From: Camelus ferus
Lineage: Eukaryota
DNA: 64,000 bases
Reading direction: 5' to 3'
Assembly: GCF_009834535.1 (NCBI RefSeq)
Contig: NC_045697.1
Span: 81,222,001 to 81,286,000, forward strand
Shown: one piece after another, positions 12,300 to 25,685 of the stretch
Layout: each line of letters begins with the position of its first letter
Position numbering within the stretch: the stretch's first letter is position 1
Translations under genes and position numbers: made by a program
The notes under the pieces: model-generated
Database searches by the model: none
What the model was told of the DNA's origin: nothing
The model's input: only the letters and a program-made list of their open reading frames with translations

Positions 12300-12585
12300 C
12301 TTCCTACTTAGACTACGCTGACACAAGATTCACAGACACATTTAGAACAATGGTTATAGCTTCTTTTACTAAGCTGACAAAGTCAGTTCTTTCCTCTTTT
12401 GCCCATGATTCTAACAGTATTTGCCAAAGTAAACAAACTCATTGATTTTGGATTTGGCCACTCATAATGCACCCAAGTTTTTCCCATAATCGGTCTGGAT
12501 ACTCCATTTCTCCTACTTATGCAACATTAAAAATCCCCTCTCCTAGTTATATGTAGCTGCCTGAGAACACAAAGCTCCTTCTTAC

Positions 12586-12673
12586 CTGTGTGGTAAAACT
12601 TCCCTGAAAATCCAAGGTTGAAGGTAAAATTTGCAACCTGAGTGCGCAGTAAATTTTGAGTCTCTAGTAATGC
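12586..12673 (-). CDS. NDST4: NDST4 internal coding exon, 88 bp (human exon 3 equivalent), N-deacetylase domain
   Basis: Minus strand cttatttatttcag|GCATTACTAGAG...TACCACACAG|gtaag translates to [29 protein letters not shown](G). The residues ETQ and RTQVA match NDST4 rather than NDST3 (DTQ, RAQIT) as I recall them. Phase 0 start, phase 1 end. Confidence 0.96.
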
Positions 12674-14269
12674 CTGAAATAAATAAGAAATTAACATGAT
12701 TTTAGAAAAATAAATATGAAGCTTTGGGATGCCTCTTTTTCAAATGTGATTGCATGAGTGAAACAGAATAATGTGGGCTTTGTTGCTTTTTGGGTGTTTG
12801 ATGGCTACTGTTATGTGCTATTCATATTTCAGGTACTATAATCACTATTGTTATTACTTTTATTGAAGGTTACCAAATTATGAAGTGGTTAAGTCCTAAG
12901 CATATTATAAATTGCTGAGAGGCAATTCTCTAACCACACAGCGCTGAAATCATTTTTCATTTCTGTGTGAGACATTTCTTGAATTTCTGATTATTATACT
13001 TCTTTTCCTTGAGGAAAATATTTCAGAATTGTTGGATGTAGACAAATCTTGTATTTGTTGGTAAGAGATAGGAACATAACTTTTGTTTAAGTTGCAACTG
13101 AGTGTTTTATTTAACCATGCTACCTCTCCTGCCATTTTTAAGGCACAATTATTGAGTTGTAAGCTTGGATTTTTATAAACTAAAGAGCAATTTGTATTTT
13201 ATAGGGTGTTAATTGCAAATCTTGAGATATGAACAAGGAAAGGACAGGTAGGAATAAGTAATCCCATAAAGAATTATTCTCTAAACGTGGCAAACATTTT
13301 CCTAATTTCTGATTTTAGAATTATTCTACATGAATTCCTTGTTTATAGACAGGATAAGAGTATACCAGTAGTCTCTGCATCAGAGTTAGTCCTGTACGTT
13401 TTCTGCCAGTCCTTCCACTGTTATTATTCGTATGTCAATATACGTGGTGTAATTCAGAACTCTCTTATCCTTGGGCTTTTTAGTTTGCTTACTGATTCGG
13501 AATGCTTTTTTTCAATTTTTTAAATGGATTTTTTTAAAGGAGGCTTACTTTGTTCTGATGGAAATGAGCAACTCATTTCAAACCAGAGATTTACAAAGAC
13601 TGATTTTTAGTTACTGCTATCCATCTTTTAAGGCGAATTGCCAGAGGTTTAGACAATGTCTTTTGAGCGTAAGTTATGGTAGCTAAGCATTTGCCTCAAA
13701 AATTTGTGAACTTAACTTTTTATTCCCCCAGAATTAAGACGGCTGTCCTGAAAATTTGCAAAGAAAAAAGGAGAAAGAAATGACTAAATAATTAACAGGT
13801 TGTATGATAAGCTATGTAGTCTATGATTATCCAAGATTACAGTTATACTGGGTATAATCCCAGCCAATCTTATTTAAATATTATCAATTAAATAGAAAAA
13901 GGAAAAAATAGACCTATTAGTTCGACTCAGTTATATACACTATTTTTAAAAAGTTCTCCCCAAAAGCAAACTAAATACTAAAAAGAGTGGAGTTAAAAAT
14001 AAAACTACTGAACTAGTTGAGCTTATTGGTAAATACTGTGGAATATAGCTTTAAAAAAAATTCATGCCTCTTTTTCTTAGCGAGTTCCTTTTTCTGGCTT
14101 TCTTGTTTTGTTCAATGAACAGTCCCTGAGCTTTCATATTTTGCAATAGTTGTTGGTTTTTTTTTTTTTAAGTTCTTCCTTCTCCTGTTCTCCTCACCAC
14201 TCCAGCCCCATCTGCTCAACATTCTACCTCTGGGTTTTTGAAGTCATTCTTTATTCCACATTTACTTAT

Positions 14270-14720
14270 CCACCATCAATCATTAAATTCAGTACATAAT
14301 TACTATAGGTGGACAGAGTGTTGGGCTTGGCCTGCACAGCCTCTGTAAACTTGGACTTCACTGACAAGAGAAGGGCAAAGAGATTAAATAGAGGATCACA
14401 CAGATGTTTAATTACAACTTGTGATAAGTGTGCAACAAAAGAAATCTAGAGCATGTTGTGACAGATGCAATAAGCAATTTAATTTAGACTGGGGAAGTGG
14501 CCCACACTTGATGCTTTCTTTGGGGCAATCTAAGTAAAATCAAACAGTCTTCCCCCCCTCCCCAATCAACTTGCCATCACTTTAGGCAGGCCTCATTGTC
14601 TTTTCCTTGGACTTTTAAAACACTGTAGACTGCTAGCCATATTCTCCACTTCCTCTGTTCTACCTTACACTCTGCAGTCCTGCTAACATCCCAAAGGCAG
14701 TCAATGTGCTTCACCCTTGA
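14270..14720. mobile_element. L2 fragments (minus 14270-14500, plus 14560-14720)
   Basis: aattacaacttgtgataagtg...aatttagactgggga, then caggcctcattgtcttttccttggact. Confidence 0.55.
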
Positions 14721-14744
14721 GGTCAGGGAGGCCATTCAGTAAAT

Positions 14745-14910
14745 GACTCAACTTTGTTGGTCATTTCACTTCTCTCATCTTTTCCCTTATCTGTGAAATG
14801 GGGTCATGCTTAACATTTGCTTCACACCGTTACTGAGGGAGTTACATTGCATAAGGCATACAAAGTGCTTAGCTAAGTGCCTGGTACTTAGAACTCAATA
14901 CATATTGTTA
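14745..14910 (+). mobile_element. MIR SINE
   Basis: cttatctgtgaaatggggtca...aaagtgcttagctaagtgcctggtacttag. Confidence 0.8.
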
Positions 14911-16089
14911 ATGATCACTTAAAATGTCATTCTCTTCCCACCAATTAGGTATCAGCGGTGCCCCCACATTTCCAATTAAACCATATGCACTGCTGTTTCC
15001 CCCAAATCACCCTGTCCACTGAACTATTCCCCATCTCCTACCTTTTTCTATGCCTTTCCTCTGTTTTCTTTTTTGTCTGTTTGTTTGTTTTTGCCTACAT
15101 AATTAATAAGGCATGACTATATACATACTTTGGTATAGGGTAATGCTTTCAAAATTTCCAAATATTTAAGGGTGATAGTTTTTGTTTGTCGGTCTTGTAC
15201 AGTCTTTTTTATATTCAGTAATTCAAATATAAATGGTGTCTTATTTATCCTTACAAGATCTTGATGTGGGAATCAGAAGAGGTTACATCTATACTTATTT
15301 TCCAAGAGAAAAAAAATTGCTTCATGGAAAGTTTAAATGGCCCACCCAGACAACACAAGGAGAGTGCCAAAATTGAACATGTTTGCCTTAACATTTGGTT
15401 CAACCTTAATAACTTCAGGTCTCACTACAAAAAGTCGGTATGGCCACCCAAGATGAAACAGATTCGGGATTTCATGAACTTTTGTGCCGAGACTATTTGT
15501 CAGTGTACAAATGAAGATGAATAGGACTGACCCAGGGTGAAAGCATGAAGCTTTTGAAGTTTGCCTTTGATAGTTTCTGCCTCCCTTCATGAACACTCTT
15601 TCCTCTTAGAGGCAATCTCCATTCCTTCAGGAATCTATTCTCTTCCTTTTTTCTTTTCTTTTTTTTTTTTTTGTGATAAACTCTTATCGCTACGCAAAGA
15701 GGAAATTGTCTGATATAATTTATAAATTGACAAAAATTATTATGCCAACATGTTAAGTCTTCTAAGGAATTTCTTACTGAGCAGTTTAGCTATGATTGTG
15801 GGATTGGTGAGTTAACTAAGGTAGAATGAACACATGTATCTCATAATAATACTGAAGAGATCTGGGTGTCTGTTGTGGGGAGAAAGGTTTGGGGTTTGGG
15901 GGTCCTTCTGCTGAAATCATATTCAGTTTGAAGAATGACTTGCTGGGCAGAAAGACATCATGTTTCAGAACAATTATCTTCTTGTCTTTCTGCCCATCAC
16001 CTAAGTCTCTCAGTGCCATCTCTCTTCTCTCACTTAAGTCTCCAGGAAGCCAGAAATCTGAAGCTCTCTAGGCTCTCTTCCTCCTCGTG

Positions 16090-17050
16090 CCGTCATTCAC
16101 TCATCTATCCATTCAAACAATACTGATAGAATCCTGGCTTCCTGTTTTAGGCACTCTTCTAGGTACTAAGGACATGGTGGAGAATGGTAACAATATCTAC
16201 TAGAACTGAGCTTTTACTGTGTGTTAGGTACTCTTAGACGCACCCCACTCGAATTATCTTTTTAAATCTCTCCACGATCCCTTTATTAACTCAATCTTAC
16301 AAGTGAGAGAAATAAGTTGCTGAGAGACTAAATAAGCTATGTAAGGTTATGGAGAGAGAAGGTGCCTGGTAGACAAAACCACCAAGTTTGTTGCTCTCAC
16401 AGAGCTTACATTCTTTTTAGACACACAGTTTATACACATGGCAGATCAATCAAATCATTATTTAATTAATATTCATATTAGTGATGCAAAATTAATCATC
16501 ATACAAGCTATTATCGAAACTAATACAACAGAGTACCTGCATTTTAACAGGATGGGCAATGAGGACCATGAAGGTCTCCCTGAAAAAGTGGCAGTTTCCT
16601 TGAGAGAGAAATGAGAAGCCAGCTATGCCCAGAATGGGGGCTCTGGGGGTGTGCTCCTGGCAAAGGGGCCAGTGAGAACAGGGTTCTGTGTCAGGAATGA
16701 CCCTGGCATCTTCCTAATACACCACAGTCTACTTCACCTCACATAGGATATGATTTACATTTTAAATTGATTCCTCTGGCTACTTGCTGAGAATGAATTG
16801 TAGGAAAACTAGAGGGAAAACAGAAATCATTTAGGAGGCTTTTGTAGTAGTTCCAGTAAGAGAAAATAAAGGTCCGGCTTCTACTGGTCATACTAGGAAC
16901 GGAAAGAAGTAAAGAGTGTAATTATTGATGGACTGACATGGAAAGTAAAGTGGAGTGATTTCATTAGTGATTCAGATATCTGACATTCATTCAGTGAGGT
17001 GGGGGAAGAGCTGAGAAAGGTTTTGAGGGGAAAAGTCAATACTTCCATGG
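16090..17050 (-). mobile_element. L2 with a nested MIR (about 16190-16365)
   Basis: L2 tail cattcactcatctatccattcaa...aggcactcttctaggtact is interrupted by MIR-like sequence and resumes at tgctctcacagagcttacattct. Confidence 0.75.
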
Positions 17051-18624
17051 CCACACTAAGCGTGTCTTTCCCACAACAGGATGACTGTGTTGCTGAAACC
17101 TCTACCTCCCCCCTAACAGGAGAAACAGAGTTTAAGTCCCACATTGTCATTGCATTCAAACGTTGGTCCCCATGGTTGGAGGTAACTGCACAGTGAATGA
17201 ATATAGTAGTAAGGGGAGTGGCCTCATAGTTCGAGGAGAGCTTTTTGAACACTGAACGGTTAAAGATACATGCAAAGAGAAGAGACAAATTGAAGATTAG
17301 TTTGACCTTGTAATATTAATTCATGTCACGTATGTGAAGAGATGGTATTTTCTGCTTGATTATCAAAAGAACACAATGAAGGTTATAGAAATCATTAAAC
17401 CTGAAGTGCATTTACAATGCTGTAAATTTTATTTGACTGTATCAGCAAAGCACTCCATGTGTCTTTGACTCCCTTCCTGGTGGTTGTGGATTGTTTTGTC
17501 TTGTGCCCTAAAGTCTTGTTATGGAGGAATGCCATTGGCATCTCTATGTCCACAGAATTCTAAGCCACTGACTGCGGTCCATTCTGAGAGTATGTGAGAT
17601 GAGCTTCTGCTTCTCTCTCTGCTTAGCACTCTGGTTCTCTCCCTGGGATCAGAAAAATTCCATAAATGTGGTGAAATACCGCCCAGTTCTTAATAAGCCC
17701 GGTTTCTCTTCAACTGGATTCTCAGGTTCAGTCCGCAAGGGTCATCTTAAACTGTGGGTGTGCCCTGTTCTCTGTAACTCTGTTTCTATGTTTTCATGTT
17801 CTACCAAACTGATTGGAATTTTGAATCAAATATGAACTCGTATGACCCTTCAGAACCACTGGCTCTCCTTTATAAGTTAGTTCCTTTATTTCTCATCTTC
17901 AATTATATATTTAATTTACTTCTCTATAAGCTTTGCTCCCAAGTCTCTATTGTGGCCTACAAGATTTTTTTGAGTTGTAAAAAGATACATATATACTGTA
18001 ACTTTAGAGTTCATGGTTCATGTAGCATGATTATTTCCTTAAAAGAATGTTATAAAATAAAAACAAAAATAATCATCTCATTTTCCCTCAGCCTAAGTGT
18101 TTAAGTAAATGATAAAGCAGTAGTAAGATAGAACTGTCTTGTATTAGGACTTCTTGGGGGCTGTGGAATGAAAGTGGCTGTCATAAGCCCAAAGACTGAC
18201 AGATGGCTTCAGGAGTCATCAGGAATCAGACAGCGGGAGAGAAATGCACCTGCACAAGATAACAAAGTCAAACCTGTATTAGGTGAGGATGGAAGCAAAG
18301 TTATTTATAACTCAAAATATTTCCAGACATTCTCAAGGAGGATCTGCACTAAACTGGGCCCCAATTCTCTTTATGTTAGGTTGAAACTTTAAAATGTAAC
18401 CTGAATCACCCCACATAGTCCTGATTTCTGCGTTGGAGAGCCTGCTTGATAGAAATTTTGTCCTGCCATGGAAGAATCAAAACAGACACAAGTCACCATC
18501 TTCAGAACCTGGCTTGGGGTTCTCGGAGTGTGGAGGTTTGGGCTGCCTTCAATAATGAGTCATCATGGGTGATTTTATTGTATGAGTGAGGAGAACCAGG
18601 GAAACAGGAGTCCGGATTACAGAA

Positions 18625-18825
18625 GAGTATTTTCCAAACGGTGATCCATGGGTCACTAGGTCTGTAAAATTTAAGTTTCATGAAAAGGTAATTCCATGTT
18701 CAAAATGTTTGGGAAAAACTCTATATTATACCCCTTTTGGGAGGTTCTTAATTCACATCCATACACTGAAGCCTTTTGTAAGAAAAATTTTGCCCTTGAT
18801 TTACTTTAGCTTTTTCCCCAGACTG
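18625..18825 (+). mobile_element. MER103C-like hAT-Charlie element
   Basis: ttccatgttcaaaatgtttgggaaaaactctatattataccccttttggga. Confidence 0.6.
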
Positions 18826-21599
18826 TGTGCCAACAATACACACTCCTACCTGCCTAATTTTAAGATACAGTCTTAGGAAAAAACATTAAGAGGATGGCTA
18901 ATACCTGGGAGGTAGAGGTATTTCCTGGGGTCATGATAACCTCAGTTAAATACAGTTTCTTATTTAGTATCCAACACAAGCTGCACAATATAATAGCTGT
19001 GATTTTATATGAAATGTGGTTCTGCTTATGTATTCAGCTATATAATCACATTAGCTCTCTGCATGCGATCTGCGGAAAAGAGTGCTTTCCTATTACTCCG
19101 GGAATTGTTCTCCCAAAAGAGCTTCAGGTAAGAATCAATTTCTTAATATTACAAAATTGTAGAAATATATTTAGAAATAATTACACTTTTGATAAATATG
19201 ATGTTACTCCTTGGAGCATCTTACTGAAAAATTATTAAAAACAGCTATTAAGTTGTTTTCATTGCCAAAATTACTTTTTACTTTGGGATCAAAAAAATAA
19301 AATTCTCATTTTACTTTTTAGGCCTTAAAAAATGTGAGCCTCTAAAGCAGCTATCTCCTTACTCAAGGTCAGATATTGATATTCTGCCTTAGGAATCCTG
19401 CTTCCCTTTGCTCACATTTCTCATTCTCTATCCACTCTTCACTCACTACAAGTCTAGGGGGTCTTATAACAGATCTTGGCACAACATAGATATTCAGTAA
19501 TTGTTGTCTGGTGTTGAAATTGACTTCCCTAATTTCATCTCTAGAAATACTCTCTGCTCACATACAGTCAGGAATCTCTTTCATGTTGAGATATTCACTT
19601 ATTAGCTATATTAAATCATTCTTTCATTAAATGTTGCATTGTAACAATTCCAAAATGTTTCTTGAGCACAGAGATATACTTTCTATTCCCAGTTTTCAAC
19701 AACTCCCTATTCTTTTGTGGATGCACCTTGGAAACATCTGAGCTCTGTGACATTTTTACAATCTTGGAGACAGGCTTCGGAGATTCCTGCTGTAGCTTTG
19801 ACAACCATGTTGGTCTTTTAATAGTTCTTCTAAAAATGTATCAGAACCATAGAAGGGGAATTCTGTAGATGGGAGGTATTCAGGATTTTAATTTTAAATT
19901 TTATCTCTATAGCCATTTCTGTCCCATGGGAGCAAGGGATACATTACTGAGAGTATCAAGGGATATCTGCAGGTTTTTATCCATTTTTTCTTAGTAAGGA
20001 ATAGTCTCTTCCCTTCTTCTATGTGATTACATTCATAATTTCTCTCTCCTCAAAATATAAACAAATTCCAGGTTAAAATCCATATGATCTTTTCAGTAGC
20101 CACAGTGTTTTACAACCCACAGTGAATATATTAATCTTCCTTCTGAATAAGGATATCTACTTTTAAATACATAATCGGGTTAACAGATCTACATCTATTA
20201 ACAAATTTATTATTTATCATTTGGGGCTACTCTACTAATGTCCTACATGATCACTTAATTATTTAGACTTTTAAAAAGGATCATTATTTCAGAATATTGA
20301 CATATTTGGATAACAAGATGGGAGTAACAAATTAAAAAATTTAAGAACATTCCAAGTAAGTCAATATTCCAATGGCTTAGAAAACAAACAAAAAAGGGTT
20401 ATTACTGATAACAGAATTGAAACAGCAATGGTCAGTTTCATTTAGTCATTATAATAGCATAAATTCAGTACTTAGTTTACCTAACTAAATGGTGAAATGA
20501 GGAAAATTTATTTGTAAATAAACACATCTACCTGTAGCAACCAAACAGATTTTAAGAATGCCAAAAACTTTATCTACATGAGACTGTACTTAAGCAAGCA
20601 TTACCCAACCACTTCTGTCTTCCAAGCCGTCTCCTAGGTCTTGCTAATACACTGTGCCCCTCTATGTAAATAGTCTCCATGTGAAAACATTTCTGTGTCT
20701 TATTTTCATGTTATTTACCATATCTGAATAAACCTGGATTACTTAAAATTTTCATGATCAATTCTATAAACTTTTGGAGATTTTTCACATGCTATGTAGT
20801 TTAGTATTTTGCAAATGCACATTCAGATACATATATTTTAAAATGCATATCGCAGAAACTATTTCCAAAGGCTAAAAATCAAATGAATCAATTTATATAC
20901 ATTTGAGGCATTAAATCTTATTTATCATCTAAGTTCATATGTAGTAGAATCTTCTTATTATACTGCCAACAAGGAAAAGATACATCTATTTCTAATTTTT
21001 AATTTTTTAAATTAAAACAATAAATATGGAATACATATGTCATTATCCATATAGAATCATGATTTGGTTACAGAAGCTGTAACCAAAGTGTCTTACAATT
21101 CATAGTACAGATATTTTAAGGTGGATTTCTCCTGTACATGGCAGACAATTCATCTTCTAGCAAGTCTCTCTCAACCTCTGACAAAAACTTAAGAGTTTCA
21201 AAAATAAAAAGCTCCTGTGAGATCTTGTTGTCACCTCCACAAGCTCAATTTTATTTAAAGCCTAATTACAATTCACATTCATAACAAAACAGTCTTGACA
21301 TCATCTGATAAACACCTACTAGTCTATCAACTCTGCTTGTAAATGAAAGGAAACTAGTGAGATGTTCCTATAGGAAAACAACAAAAACAAAAATATATTA
21401 ATGGTGACATTTCCCATACAGCTCTCATTTCCCAACAAAAGAAGGTGATGTTCAAAATATTTTCTATGTAAATGGTATCCTTCAGTTCTGTGATGGACAT
21501 TATGCCCCTTTCACATTATATTTTTTATCAAGGAATTTGGTTATAATTTAATTTTAAGAAGGATTCTCAAATACATGAAATATGTTACTGTATTTACCT

Positions 21600-22050
21600 C
21601 TTCAGGACATATTTAAACGGCTACTGTAGTCTAGCTGTTGTACGTACTGGAGATTCAGCTTTGAAGAAATCAAAGTTCTTTCTTTATTAGCTCATATTCC
21701 AGTGGGTGAGGTAGACAATAAATAAATAAATAAAAGTTACAGTGCAGTAAGATGATGGTACTGAGATGCCACTGGAGAGTTTTGCTCAAGCAAAAGGTTC
21801 ATCATACCTTAAAATCTGGTCATTGTATGAAGAATTGACTGGGTCAAAGAGGACAAGTATGGAAGAAGGAAACATTTAGAAGAAAGAATTAGCCTAACTG
21901 AGAAAGGAGTGTCTTGGAGTTTGTGGTAATGTAGGAAGAAAGTGGTCAGATTTGGGATATAAAGATATTTAGGACTTTAAATATCAAATGATGAATTGAA
22001 TGCAGGTTGTGAAAAAACTGGATATGGTGCATGATGACTCCTGCATTTGT
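21600..22050 (-). mobile_element. L2 fragment
   Basis: gctcatattccagtgggtgaggtagacaataaataa, ccactggagagtttt, aagtggtcagatttgggatata, gatgactcc. Confidence 0.75.
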
Positions 22051-24269
22051 TCCTATACTCTGTGTATCAGATGAACTTTGTTTGGAAATTACCAGCTACC
22101 TTTATTCTCAAGTAGCAAAATAAATCTATTCAAAATCCCCAGAGTATCATTTAGGGAGCTGGCATCGTCTACAAAAAGCAGGTGTTCCTAATCCATTGAA
22201 GTTTTTGGTCCAAACAACATTTTTTTTTCTTTCTGTGTTTTCCTGAGAGTCCACGAAGTATGGACTGAAAGCAAGCTTTTTCAAGTGTTTTGGGAAAAAA
22301 TGGTGGCATGAGATATCAAGTAAAAATATTGCTCTAATGATTTTTCATTTAAGAAGAATATAGATACAGGTTAAATGCAGTGGGAATATATTGAAAAATG
22401 TTTAACTAACCTTATTTCAGGAATCTAAAACAATGTAGAATGAAAATCACATCATTACCAATCATTTTATGTAAATATTATGTATAGATATTGGATATTA
22501 AACAGGGTTTACACTCTTATTTCATTCTTTGAACTGTCGAAATAAAACTCAAAACTTAATTATTATTTTACCAACTATGGCTCATTTAGCATCATAAGAA
22601 ACTTACAAAGTATTAGAATTTGTTGAAACACAATTCTTCATACTTCTATAAATGAAGGGTAGTTAATTCTTTTAAATAAGCTCTCAAGGAATCTTTTTCC
22701 CAGAATATATTTACTCAGCTACAGGGACATTTCATTTTGTTAACTGACTCTTTAGTTTGATATTGCAAATATCTCTCACATTGGGCCACAAATGAAACAA
22801 AGCCTCTTAAAAATATCTTACTCTCACATTCCATGTTATTTTACATTAATCTCTAGAATTACCTTTAGAGATTTTGAGCCATCTTTATTCTCCCTAATTG
22901 CTGCATCTATTAAGCCAGACAGATATTTTTCTACAATATCTTAGTTAATTACTAACATACCCCACATTTACATAATGCACTTTTTGGGGCAATTTCTGTG
23001 GTAATAATTCATGGCTAATAGGAAGCAATTTGCTTTCCTTTATTAAGTGCATTAAAACTTCATGCCCTAGACATCATTGACGGTAAACATTTGATTCTGC
23101 TCAAGTTTAATGCACCGAGGCATTTTGCTGTGCCATATTAGGTTTATTTATGTGCTGTGTTCTGCATTGTTAGCTGCTAATGAGACTTCAACTCTTATTG
23201 CTCTAAGGCCTGAACACTAACCTCATTTTAATGAGTTCATTATTTGCTGTCTTTGGAAAGGAAGACAACAAATTTTCCTTTTAATTAAAGGTCAAAACAC
23301 CTCCGGTGAAGGAAAGGGAAGAGGTTATCAAACCCTGGGAGAAGCTGAGAGATAGCTCTTTCAGATTTCTAAGCTGAGCTGAGTTAGTATAGTCTGGGGC
23401 AGGTGGTGGTTTCTTAAGAATTTAGAGACAGTCAATCAATCTCCGGAGACCAAGGTGCATCTAAATTTAAGACAAATGGGAACACTACAGCATGATAGCT
23501 AATGTGCCTAAGACTTTGTAAAAAATGAAAGTCAGCCAAAGTAATTAAAGAGACTTTACTCTTAACCAAAAGGGCCACCTGGATCAATAGGGCTGCAGGA
23601 GCAAGATTTGTCTTTTGCATGAGGAATGAGTTACAGGGTTGAGGGAAAACATACCATACTAATTGAAGCAAGAAAAACTAATCTCAAATATTTTATCACA
23701 GAATGTGAAGCAAAAGTAAATCAATACTTTGGAGGGGGGCAGCTATTTTTAACAATGTAAAGGATATGTGGACCTAGCATGAGATATAAGAATCTGTGTA
23801 TTCAGAGCAGACTGTGAAATTCCTGGGAATGTCAGTTGTTATTTGCATCGGTAGGCAATGCATGCCTCTGACCACAGGGGAAGGTGAATTTGAATAACAT
23901 ATAGGCCTGTCATAACGGATAGTACAAACAACTTGCTACTTATGAAAATTTTAATATGAATGAAACCAAGAGATTAGAGCATAACAATTAGATAGAGCCT
24001 TTGCACTTAACAAATAGCGTGGTTACTTTAAACATTTTCCAAACATTTTCATTTTGCTCTGACAACATACACATTTCACACATGGATGATTTTAATCTTT
24101 CACATTGCTTTCTAATTAACATCTAAATGCTTAATAATAATATATTTTGATTTAAACACATGCCTTCAGTAACTTTATATTTATATATGAAAACTACTAT
24201 GTACGTTTTTATGTTTCTAAGCATTGTCCCTGCCTTAGAGTATATGAACAATAAATATTTTTATTCAAT

Positions 24270-24525
24270 AAACTTTTTATGTTAGAATTGTTTAGATTTA
24301 CAGAAAAACTGCAAAGATAGTACAGAGAGTTCCTGTTATACCAGCACCCACTCTGTCTTATTTCAGTGTGGTACATTCATCACAATTCATGAACCAATAT
24401 GGATCAATTATTAACTAAAGCCCATGCTTTATTCATATTTCTCTCAGTTTTTCCTTACTATCCTTTTTCTGCTTCAGGATACCACATTACATTTAAGTAT
24501 TTGTCTCCTTAGGCTCCTTTTGGCT
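24270..24525 (-). mobile_element. L1MC-type 3' end (first copy)
   Basis: tttagatttacagaaaaactgcaaagatagtacagagagttcc...caggataccacattacattta. Confidence 0.8.
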
Positions 24526-24539
24526 CCTCCTCCTCCTCC

Positions 24540-25685
24540 TTTTATTTATAGCAGTTTTAGGTTTACACAAGTAAGAAAAAGTACAGAGTTCCCATATACC
24601 CTCTTTTCCTTGTATCCTCTCACAGAGTCCCTATTAGTTACAACTGATGAATTAATATTGATACGTTAATATTAACTAACGTCCATAGTTTATATTAGAG
24701 TTCCTTGCTTGTGTTGTAAATTCTATGGGTTTTGACAAACATAGAATATCATGTATCCACCATTACAATTTCATGTAGAATAGTTTCACTTCCCTAAAAA
24801 TCCCCTGCACTTATTCATCCCTTCTCTCTCCTCCTGGCAACCACTGTTCTTTTTACTGTCTTCATAGTTTTGCCCTTTTGAGGATATCATTTAACTGGAA
24901 TTATACTGTCTGTAGCCTTTTCAGATTGGCTTCCTTTAGCAATATGCATTTAAGATTCCTTCATGTCTTTTTGTGGCTTCACAGCTCATTTGTTTTTATT
25001 GCTGAATAATATTCTATTACCTGGATGTACCATGGCTTGTTTATCCACTGACCTTTTGAAGGACATCTCAGTTACTTCCAAGTTTTGGCAATTATGAATA
25101 AAGCTGCTGTAAACATTCACGTGCAGGTTTTTGTGTGGACATAAGTTTCCAACTCAGTTGAATGAATACCAAGGAGTACAATTCCTGGATGGTATGGTAT
25201 GCTTAGTTTTGTAAGGAACTGCCAAATTGTTTTCCAAAGTGACTGTACCATTTTGCATTCCCACCAGCAATGAAAGTTTCTGCTGCTCCACATCCTTCCC
25301 AGCATTTGGTGCTATCAGTGCTTTGGCTTTGGCCATTCTAATAAGGTGTGGTAGGGGTATCTCTTTGTTTTAATACGCACTTCCCTAATGACATATGCAT
25401 GCTGTTGAGCATGTTTCCATATACTATTTGCTATCTATTTATCTTTTTAGTGAAGTATCTGTTCAGTTATTTTGCCTACCTTTCATTTTGGTTGTCTGTT
25501 TTCTTCTTGCTGAGTTTTTAGAGTTTTTTTTTATATATTTGGATGCAAGTCCTCTATCGGCTGTGTGTTTTACAAATATTTTCTCTGGCTTGTCTTTCCA
25601 TTCTTTTCACAGTGTCTTTTGAAGAGTAGAAGTTTTCAATTTTAATGAAGTCCTTCATATAAATTTTTTCTTTCATGCATAATGC
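24540..25685 (-). mobile_element. L1MC1/2-type 3' UTR plus ORF2 C-terminus
   Basis: tagcagttttaggtttaca...aagtacagagttcccatatacc; ORF2-like CWWECKMVQSLWKTIWQFL on the minus strand. Confidence 0.9.

Larger units (their letters stand above)
5959..12585 (-). other. NDST4: NDST4 intron between the two exons (6627 bp, GT-AG)
   Basis: Bounded by gtaag at 12585 and cag at 5959; the reading frame is preserved across the junction. Confidence 0.95.

Noticed and set aside
5804..12673. Assignment to NDST3, NDST1 or NDST2
   Set aside because: The diagnostic residues ([25 protein letters not shown]) and the ~6.6-kb intron fit NDST4.
15261..15596. Overlapping 87-aa ORFs on both strands as a retrocopy
   Set aside because: No recognisable homology, TSD or correctly oriented poly(A).
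19616..19830. Minus-strand open frame RTIKRPTWLSKL...MKE* after a ttttag acceptor, as a nested or alternative exon
   Set aside because: In the NDST4 phase it stops after three codons, I recognise no homology, and there is no canonical poly(A) signal immediately downstream.
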